The position numbers and the translations under genes were made by a program. This document shows positions 46,647-55,070 of a DNA stretch of 55,070 bases, piece by piece; position 1 is the stretch's first letter; each line of letters begins with the position of its first letter. The notes under the pieces were generated by a model. That model had not been told where the DNA came from. It did not search any database and worked only from the letters and a program-made list of their open reading frames with translations. Origin of the DNA: Neovahlkampfia damariscottae. Lineage: Eukaryota. The DNA lies in NCBI GenBank assembly GCA_016618085.1, contig JABLTG010000138.1, forward strand, positions 1 through 55,070. Direction: 5' to 3'.

Positions 46647-47941
46647 TTATTCTTGTGGATTCATCCAAATTATCATATTAGTTCTTCTTCCACTGAATAT
46701 TGGAAAGGTAATGTGAGGTATATCACCAGAATGAAATGTTGCTTCTCCTTGAACAGGGAAAATTTTTTCATAGACAAAATCATCTTTTTTTAAATCTAAA
46801 ATGTTCAATTTCTCTTCTTTTGTAAGGTCTGGTGATGTGAGAAAGCCTATTTCACATCCTGATAATTGAGTTGCTTCCAAACAAATATTCAAAGTGTATT
46901 TACTGTGGTCGGTGTGAAGTACAAAATCTGTATCAGTTGAAGTCGAATATCGGACGAAAAATATTTCATATTTCAATTTTTCAGTTATTTTGAAATGTGG
47001 TAAAACAATAGATTCAATCATTTTTACAATTGATTCTTTTGAATAATCATTTCCATTTTGAACAATTTCTTGACAGTATTTTGGATGCATTAAAGGAAAT
47101 TTAAATACATTCATATCACTCAAATTCTTTGCATTTAATACATCAACATGAAATTTAGCATTTTCCTCAACAAACATTTTTTCTTCCATAATTTTTTGAT
47201 CATCACTACTTCTCAGTCTCAAGACGATGTGCAACATGTTATATGATGATGTACCAAAATTGTAATCTTTTAATGTTCTTTGGTCTTCACATCTCTTTCC
47301 ACGATATATTAAACGTTGCTCATTTCTTGGATTTCCAGTAGCTTTTTCAAATAACTTTTTGAAATCCCAAACGGTCAAATTGTAATTCTCCTCATCGAAG
47401 TAATAATACTCTCTGGCAATAGTAACACCTAAAATATGCTTGTATTCTTCATTTAAAACGAAAATTACAGTTTCATTCTTTTTTCTATCTTTGAGAAAAT
47501 GGTAAAATTGTTGATGATATTGTTTGTCCATTTTCAATTTTTTCAAATTGTTGAAATCTGGAAAACTAGTGTATTTTTCTGATTCCTGAGGAGTAGAAAA
47601 AAAACTTTTTGAAATATCCAATTCTTCAAGTTTTGGACACAGAGTGTTAATTATTTGAAAATCTTCAAAAACTAAATTTGAACAGGTTGAAAGAGTGAGT
47701 GATCTTAATTCTGGAAATTTGAACAGAATTGATTTTAGATGGTTTGAAGTGAGTCTGTGACCATATTTTGATAATGAACTTTTTCAAAAAGTTATTTTTT
47801 TTTTGTTTACATTTTCTGCCATAGTTCAGGATGCAAATACATCTTTGAGAACTTTTTTGAAACTAATGAAACCTTTTTTAACTCTTCTTGATCCAGAAAT
47901 CGAAGTACTTCGTGTTGGATGTCAGGAGATAATTTATCCAT
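46647..47941 (-). CDS. F-box + LRR + ubiquitin-like + 2OG-Fe(II) oxygenase fusion (1 intron)
   Basis: MDKLSPDIQHEVLRFL...LVSKKF...LW; LRSLTLSTCSNL..CPKLEELDIS; QRLIYRGK..ED.RTLKDYN..LHIVLRLR; HTD...H...R. Confidence 0.8.
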
Positions 47942-48243
47942 TCTAAAAATACCAACCAATCGTTTTGCTGATAATTTCTAAAGAAAAAAGAGCAAAAATT
48001 AATATAGAATGTGATAAATTTGTCTTTCACAAAAAAAACACAAAATTTGATATTCTAGGAACAACTTTCACACGAAACAAAAGAAAACACAAAAACAGCC
48101 CGACGTTGACATTCATCCAACAATGCAAAATTTTCTTTTATACAAATAACAATTCATTGCTGAGTTTGAGAATTCAAAAAAAAGACTGAATCTATGTTTT
48201 ATTGGTTTAAAAATCTCCGTTAACTTGGAAAAAACAAACACAA

Positions 48244-48663
48244 ATGAAAAAATTATTTCATCCAAGAGCATTCATAAAATACAATTATACAAAAAACAAT
48301 ACATTTAAAAATCAAATACTGGATAATAAACAAGATGAAATCTGGAAGAAAATAAAAAATTTAAAAGAAAAATTATTAGAAGCAAAATATGAAGATGTAG
48401 TGCGATTAAATGCTGAAGTATTTGATGATTATTATGAAGATTTAAAAGAAACAGTTGAAGATTTATATGATAATTATGGAAAATTAAAAATTGAAAATGA
48501 ACAAATTCAAGAAGTTTATAAACCAAAAATGCTTGAAATTAAAAAAGAAATGGACAATTTTTGGAATGTTCTTTATAACTCAAAATATCAAAAATTTAAT
48601 GAAGCTGAAGAAATGACATTTGATCAAATATTCAAAGGAACATCAAAATTTTGGGGTAAATAA
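48244..48663 (+). CDS. Hypothetical, possibly mitochondrion-targeted helical protein
   Basis: Basic N-terminus; 139-aa ORF with a CCAAT box upstream. Confidence 0.55.
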   Translation: MKKLFHPRAFIKYNYTKNNTFKNQILDNKQDEIWKKIKNLKEKLLEAKYEDVVRLNAEVFDDYYEDLKETVEDLYDNYGKLKIENEQIQEVYKPKMLEIKKEMDNFWNVLYNSKYQKFNEAEEMTFDQIFKGTSKFWGK

Positions 48664-48713
48664 AGTTTTTGATGTTTTCAAAAAAAAAGGTGTATTCTTT
48701 CTACAGTAAATAC

Positions 48714-50124
48714 CTATTTGATTGACATTTTTGAGAAAGAAAATAGAACCACAAAATGAACTAAAATATTAAATGAATCAAGTGCAATATTGAAAAATAA
48801 AAATGATCCATTTAAATATTCTTCAACAATGAAATTATATAAAACTGTGAAGAATGATAATGTGCCACTGATAGAAAATTCAATTGATGTCAATGTCATC
48901 AAATATTTCTTGTTGATTTTAATTTTTTGAAATGAAGCGTAGTAGAACGTAAAAGCACAAGATCTCCAAGGAACCCAAAATAAATACATTAACAATTGAA
49001 TTGAAACATTAGGAAGATATTTTACGACTGTATAACCACAAGAACACAAAGTTAATAAAATAAATCCAAAGTTTAAATTTTGAACAAGTCTTCCATAAAT
49101 CAGATTGGAAAAAAACCCAACAACTGGGAACACCAAACCAAAGAAACTACTATGAAATTCTGCAATATTAGCATCTCCAGACCTATATAATATTTGATCA
49201 TAAATGGTTGAAACTGTCCATGTTTGTTGTTGCATAACTGTGATCATGAAAATGTACAACAATAAAACAGAAGGTGAACAAATAGATTGAAAGAAACTCA
49301 TTTCATTGATCAATGGTTTCTCTTCTTCATTGTCTTCTTCATAATTTGGGAGTTAATAAAACAAAGTGATAAAAATCATCAAAGGAAGAGCCATTGCAAT
49401 GATTCCTATGAACAAATAAAACAATCTGATGTGTAAATATCTTCCCATTGCATAAACGATATACATGAGCGAAGAATCAAAACCAATAGTCAAAAATACA
49501 ATGAAATATTCTTGAAATCCTTTGAAGTCATTGGTGATTGTATTTGAGGTGCAAATCTCATGTATGTGAAAAATAATATCATTGTTCCAATACTGTTCGT
49601 GAACATTGAAAAATGATTCAACCACCAAAAATATAAATCAAGCTCACGAAAAAATGTGCAAAATGCGAATATAGTGATACCTGTCACCCATAGAGATGTT
49701 CCGATGAGTGAGGATATTCGCAAAGGCACTAGATCAATGAGTACACCTACAAATCCAGAGAAAAGACTTTCAATAATTTTGAGTATAAATTTGATGAAAT
49801 AATTACTTGGTTCCTCCAATAACTACTGTAACGACAGAATTCATTCTGATCAATTGATGAGGACAAGAAAGTTCTTTTTCTTTCGTCAAGTTTTGAAAAA
49901 TATAATTTTGGTTCGTTTCAGTAGTATTTTGACAAAGGTTATAGAAAACCTTTTCTTTGATTAAGTTCGGCTTTTGAAAAGGAAAATTAAAACGAAAAAA
50001 AACGAAAAATACTTTTTTGGTCGGAAAACCAACAGCGATTCCTCCAAGGTACAATATCAACGAAAAAACTAAAGTTCTCCATATGATTTGAAATTTTAAG
50101 TTCCAAGTTTTTGCAGTTGGTCAT
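48714..50124 (-). pseudogene. SLC43/FMP42-like MFS transporter, disrupted
   Basis: Family-like motifs (GFPT, CPHQ, GFDSS); out-of-frame ATG, frameshift near 49520 and in-frame TAA at 49353-49355. Confidence 0.6.
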
Positions 50125-50184
50125 GAATACAAATTGACGTTGTCGTGATTTTATTGGTCAGAATATTTTCAAGTTCGAATTTGA

Positions 50185-50785
50185 TGATGTTGACAAATAA
50201 TGAAAAATATGTGGATGGTATTACAAAGGTTTTTTTTTTTTTTTTTGAATTTCAAAGAATGTACAAAAAGAATTGGATGATAAAGTCAAAGATATTGTAA
50301 TTTCAAATTATAAAATATTTTCAAGTTTGATTGAAGGTTTACTTTGAAAATAAAAATTAAAAAAACCATTAATAGGAATTCAATATGAAGTAAATAAAAT
50401 ATAAACATCTAAAAAAATTTTTCACTTCAGCAAACTATCGGTTCGTTTTTCATGTTGAAAAAAACTAAAATCTTTAGGTAAATCATCAAAACAATATTTG
50501 GAGAAACATCAATTTTCAGTTCGTCAAAACGGTAAATCATTTTTAATCTTAAAAAAAAAAAGGTGGAGTAAGTGAAAAAAAAAAATTAAATGAAAAAAAA
50601 ATAAGACAATTCAAAGATTGGAACAAGAAGAACAAGAACTTTCAAAAGAACTTACAAAAATGAAAACAACTTTTGAACAAGTCACAGAATCACAAAAAAA
50701 ATTACAAGAATTACTTGAAAATACAAAAAAACTAAGAAAACCGAAACAATCAAACGAACAAGCAGAAGAAATAAATCCTTTGTGA
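50185..50785 (+). CDS. Small coiled-coil protein encoded by micro-exons
   Basis: Seven or eight GT-AG units; final exon LEQEEQELSKELTKMK...NPL*. Confidence 0.5.
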
Positions 50786-50990
50786 AATCCCGCAGCGAAC
50801 GTGAAACTCACCCTACTTTCTGAATATTCTACAACAATTGGAAGATAAATTCAAAGTTTATTCTGTTGAAGGTATGCAAACTTTTTTATGTTTTTTCCAA
50901 TTTTTAGTTTGACATTCTTTTGAGCAATAATATAAAGAATCACTTTTGCACACGCTACATTTGTAAAATTGATTTTCTTCTTCTTCCAAT

Positions 50991-51548
50991 TTATTGCAAG
51001 AATGACCAACGTTTTGAAACAGATTTTTTCAATAAGATATTTGGTTTTTTCTTTTTTTCTGAAATCATGAATTCATCCGCTAAAAGGGTGCAGATAGCCA
51101 TAATCCCAATAACTCTTTGATTCATTGTAATGTGAACCCTTGCGTCAATTAAATATCCAGATTCTATCATTGCTTTCATTTTTTCATATTCATCAGGAAT
51201 GGACTTCAATTTTTCCATGTTCATTTCATAAAGTTGTCCTCCAACATAAAATGAATTTTCAGAAGCTCCTTGAATTTGAAACATTGATCCAAATTTATCA
51301 CGTAAAGTCATACTTAAATTATAATCATATTGATGAGTTTCTTCAGTTTTCTCACAATAATCTTTGAGAAAATCAATGATTGCTTGTCCTCCATTTTTTG
51401 TTAATGTTTCTAAATTGAGTTCTGAAATAAGGTATTGTGTAACTCCTGGGTGCATCGTTTCACCATGAAAGAAACCATCATAAATATCTGGCATATATGG
51501 TGAAATCGTTTTTAAAAGATTTTTCTGCTCCGAAGTTGTTTTGTTCAT
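50991..51548 (-). CDS. Hypothetical protein (5' end possibly frameshifted)
   Basis: 185-aa ORF open upstream to ~51656; out-of-frame ATG at 51664 below a CCAAT box. Confidence 0.55.
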   Translation of the reverse strand: MNKTTSEQKNLLKTISPYMPDIYDGFFHGETMHPGVTQYLISELNLETLTKNGGQAIIDFLKDYCEKTEETHQYDYNLSMTLRDKFGSMFQIQGASENSFYVGGQLYEMNMEKLKSIPDEYEKMKAMIESGYLIDARVHITMNQRVIGIMAICTLLADEFMISEKKKKPNILLKKSVSKRWSFLQ

Positions 51549-51922
51549 CCACCAATTTGTAAATTCTGTTCTTATTTCTTTTTTGTCGTAGATATGTTTT
51601 TTTAGTGTTTGAATAAGAAGTTCAGGTGATTTTTGAGTAATTTCAAATGGAGAAGATTATTCATCGGTTCAATCTATGTTTATTAGATGAGCTCAAAGAA
51701 GTACTCTTTTTATCTCTGATTGGATGGTTGGTTAATTTAGGTAAAAAGTACGTATGATTCTCAACAGGAACAAAAATGAGTTTGAACCTCATTTCCGTCT
51801 AAATTCAAGTAAAAGAAACTTGAATGGATGACCAACGTCAACAGCAAGAGATTATTAAAGAAAACAGGAGTTGAAAATACCGAAATAAAAATTTTAATTT
51901 TGATAAAATATCAAACTTGTTT

Positions 51923-52494
51923 TTAAATGAACAAAAACATCATTCCAAGTATAACAACACCCGTAATAACAGCAATTACAAAAGTTGTTCTTTTTGAAAA
52001 TATTTGATCACAAATCTTTCTGGCAAATTTCATGATGGTTGATGAAAATTTAGAAAAGAATGATTCAATTTCTTTTGGTTTGTCTTTTTCATTTTGTTGA
52101 ACTTCATTTGCTTCAAAGTGTTCAACTTCTTCTTGGATGACATCAAAGACATCTTGAACTTTGAATACTTTTTCATTTTGTTGAAATTCATTTGCTTCAA
52201 AGTCTTCAGCTTCTTCTTTGATGTCATTCAAGACTTCAATTTTTGATTCCTTTTCAAATGCTTCAGAGCTTTCTTGGATGATTTTTTTGACTTCTGGAAC
52301 ATTGATCAACTTTTTAATTGTTTGTTTAACTTTTGCAGTATCCAAATTGCTGAGTAGAAAATAAAATGATGATCTTGACCATACCTATTTTTACAAACTA
52401 AATAGCTAACGGCATCAAAATAGTGTTCATTGATATGAAAGGGTTTATTTGAAACTGAAACTGATTTTCTCTTAGGAACTGATGTTTCTTCCAT
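51923..52494 (-). CDS. Tail-anchored acidic protein with internal ~28-aa duplication (1 intron)
   Basis: Intron ~52350-52384; repeat ..EE.E.FEANE.QQNEK twice; C-terminal TM. Confidence 0.6.
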
Positions 52495-52630
52495 TGAAAA
52501 CTTGCGATTCTGGATTATGGAAAAAAACCAATCAGATGTGTTTTTATTTGTGGCTGAAATTTGTTCTGTCTTTTCATTGGTTCCATGATTAAGAATCTAA
52601 ACCAACCATTGAAAGCAAAATTCAACAAAA

Positions 52631-53572
52631 TTAGATGGTAGTTTTATTTTCGATGAATTTTTCCCAATTTTCATTTGTATCAAAAAAAGAATCCCTTTAA
52701 ATTGTTTTTAAAAACAAAAAAAAACAAACCAAAAAGGAACACCACCGTACTGTCCAATATTATGTGAATGATGAAAATCATGATATTTCATAGCTTCATT
52801 ATTCAAAGAATATGGGAAATAATATCCACTATGCGTTTCAATAGACCCATACCATTTCCAAACAGAAAATAACCAAAAATTGAACTAAAAGTAAAAAAAG
52901 AATGAAACTTACCAAATGTATTTGAAAAATTGATATCAATAATATATTCGGAAGATAATTTCTTGACGTTAATGATTAAAATACTTACAATAATAGATCT
53001 TCTACAATATGAAGATATTCTGTTGATAAACTAATTGAGTTCACAAAATGATGATGTTTTTTATGCACATTTTGATATAAAAAAGTATTTTCATGTAATT
53101 TTCGATGAATAAAATAAAACGTAAAATCATACCACAAGAAGTAAATGTAAATTTGAAAAAAATTGACAAAAAAATTTGGTAGCTGGTTCATTTCCATTCC
53201 ATAGTATTTTTGTATATCATAGCAAATGTATAATAAAATTGGTTGAAATATAAAGTGATTTATGACATAATTGAGGATAACACCTTTAAAATTATATTGG
53301 TTTAATTTTTCATTTCGTTTTAATTTATGTTGTTTGAAATATTGTTTCTTGTCACAAATAAAAAAAAATAGGTTCATTGTGATGTAAATGAATTCATGAA
53401 GCAAAATAGTTCCAACAACAAAAAATAATTTGTCAGAAACAGATGTTGAAAAATAATTTCTGCAACTCATCCAAAGATTATGTTTAAATACAAGTTCAGT
53501 CAGAACAGAAAAAATAAAAGGAAATAAAATCAAATCCAACAAATAAGACTTCACCAATTCACCTTTTCCCAT
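52631..53572 (-). CDS. Fatty-acid hydroxylase/sterol desaturase (ERG25-like; 3 introns)
   Basis: His boxes HRKLH, HKKHH, ETHSGY, HDFHH. Confidence 0.85.
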
Positions 53573-53671
53573 TGTTCTTTTTCTGTTAAGATTTTTGTCC
53601 AATTAGATTCTCAGCAAAAAACAAAAATTAAATTTTGGAATTTTTATTATTTGAAGATTAAAAAATAGTTT

Positions 53672-54664
53672 TTATTTAAATTCTAAAAAACAAATACTAC
53701 TAAAAGGATATGGATCACCATGAAAATAATTCAAATAATATTTTGCCTTCACTTTCACACTAAATTTTGGATTCAAATGATTTATCAAAGTCATTTCTTC
53801 AACTTCATAAAAATCCTTTTTCATTTTCAAACATTCAGTCATTTTGATGAATGAAGGTTCTCGATCTTTTTCACTGGTAATATCAACCCAATGTAAATCA
53901 ACTTTACGATCTCTCAAAATATGATGATCATAACCTAACTTTTTTTTTATGATTTCATTCCAACCTGCTATTTTTCCATAACTACCTGATAATATAACTC
54001 CATATGATGGATTAAGTAAATTTGGAATATTTTTGAATTGAAATCTTTTCAACTGTGCATTTTCTTTTTCCAATTTTGATACTTTTTCAATTAGTTTTTT
54101 GTTTTCTTCAGTTAGGTATTTGTTATGAGCGGTGATTGATTCATCGCCAAGTTCATTGAAATCAATATTCGGAAGTTCATCTTCTGAGGATGAGTGAATA
54201 TGAGATTGAACTGTTGGTTGACTTCTTTGTACATTAATTTGTGGTGATTGAGTTCTTTGTAAAGTTGAAATTGTATCTTCTTCCAAAATTCTTGCTCTGA
54301 AAACTGAAAAGTCAATAGCATCTTCCAATATTTTATGATGAACTGTATAATCTGGTTTTTTATCTTCAGGTATGGTATCTTCTAGTTGATAATATGTGAT
54401 TTGATTTTGTGGTTGTTCCGGAGTTTCTTTAAAAAATAAATTTTCATTTTTTTTACCTTTTTTCTTTTTAAAGTTTAATTCAAAGAGCTGTTTGATTTCA
54501 TTTTCATCTAAAGCTCTTTTTGTTCCTCGTTTTTCTTCTTTCAATGAACAATGGTCACTCACGCCCAATTTTTCACACCTGTGGCAAGGATATGCTCCGT
54601 TGCATGTTACTTTGTCTTTGAGGCAATTCTGGCACTGTGGCGTATCTGTATCAATATACTCCAT
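53672..54664 (-). CDS. Zn(II)2Cys6 transcription factor with coiled coil and C-terminal PAS-like domain
   Basis: CQNCLKDKVTCNGAYPCHRCEKLGVSDHC; GKIAGWNEIIKKKLGY PAS-like. Confidence 0.85.
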   Translation of the reverse strand: MEYIDTDTPQCQNCLKDKVTCNGAYPCHRCEKLGVSDHCSLKEEKRGTKRALDENEIKQLFELNFKKKKGKKNENLFFKETPEQPQNQITYYQLEDTIPEDKKPDYTVHHKILEDAIDFSVFRARILEEDTISTLQRTQSPQINVQRSQPTVQSHIHSSSEDELPNIDFNELGDESITAHNKYLTEENKKLIEKVSKLEKENAQLKRFQFKNIPNLLNPSYGVILSGSYGKIAGWNEIIKKKLGYDHHILRDRKVDLHWVDITSEKDREPSFIKMTECLKMKKDFYEVEEMTLINHLNPKFSVKVKAKYYLNYFHGDPYPFSSICFLEFK

Positions 54665-54839
54665 TCCGCACAAAAACTCCTGATAATCCGATGATTTGAT
54701 TGGTTCCAAAAATGTACATTTGAATTGCCGTTTGAAAAATTTTAGCCGATCACTCAGAAAAATGAAATAACTACTTCAAATACAATGATAAATATCAAAA
54801 ACTGTTAGCTGTATTTTTTTTGTCCAATCAATAAATTTC

Positions 54840-54965
54840 CTGATAAACTCCGATATTTTCCGCTATCTTAAAACTGACTTTTCCGTTCATTCTGATTAAT
54901 CAGACCAGATATTAACATCAAGATTTCTTTCGGGATAGGACCGTCGCCAGCAGTACTGGCAGTTT
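54840..54965 (-). ncRNA. Candidate omegaRNA scaffold / element right end
   Basis: GC-richer segment with nested stems overlapping the nuclease 3' end; ends ...TTTATCAG|G. Confidence 0.55.
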
Positions 54966-55068
54966 TTGGATTTCCAATAAAATTTTGTATATTCATCAGA
55001 AATATATTTCTTGCTCCATTATAATCTCTTGGAAGAGAAAAATTACAATATTTACAATTGAAATAATC
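54868..55068 (-). mobile_element. C-terminus of a TnpB/Fanzor2-like RNA-guided nuclease (truncated by window end)
   Basis: DYFNCKYCNFSLPRDYNGARNIFLMN: zinc-ribbon CxxC plus RuvC-III RDxN(G/A)AxNI motif. Confidence 0.85.
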
Positions 55069-55070
55069 TT

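Noticed and set aside
48244..48663. Possible ATP synthase subunit d
   Set aside because: Resemblance too weak to support without a profile search.
49353..49355. In-frame TAA as evidence of stop-codon reassignment
   Set aside because: TAA ends most genes in the window, and the same gene has frameshifts.
50185..50785. Assignment of the micro-exon gene to Ska2 or a Mediator subunit
   Set aside because: Only generic coiled-coil similarity is visible.

Overview
Very AT-rich, gene-dense eukaryotic (protist) DNA using the standard code. It holds about 40 protein genes with short intergenic gaps, tiny GT-AG introns (mostly 25-45 nt) and near-universal CCAAT boxes. DUF4116 repeats, a Zn2Cys6-PAS factor and RGS/G-alpha genes suggest a heterolobosean (Naegleria-related) amoeba; this is inference. 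Also present are two tRNA genes, a degenerate LINE reverse-transcriptase fragment and pseudogenes. Highlights missed by the ORF track: (1) the C-terminus of a TnpB/Fanzor2-type RNA-guided nuclease with an overlapping structured candidate omegaRNA at the right edge; (2) back-to-back tiny introns joined by AG|GT with no exon between them (candidate recursive splicing) in two genes; (3) unusual domain fusions (F-box-LRR-ubiquitin-2OG oxygenase, vWA-YbaK, DUF547-MORN-VPS9, Snapin-TLDc, tandem RGS-START). All domain calls come from motif recognition by eye, not database searches.
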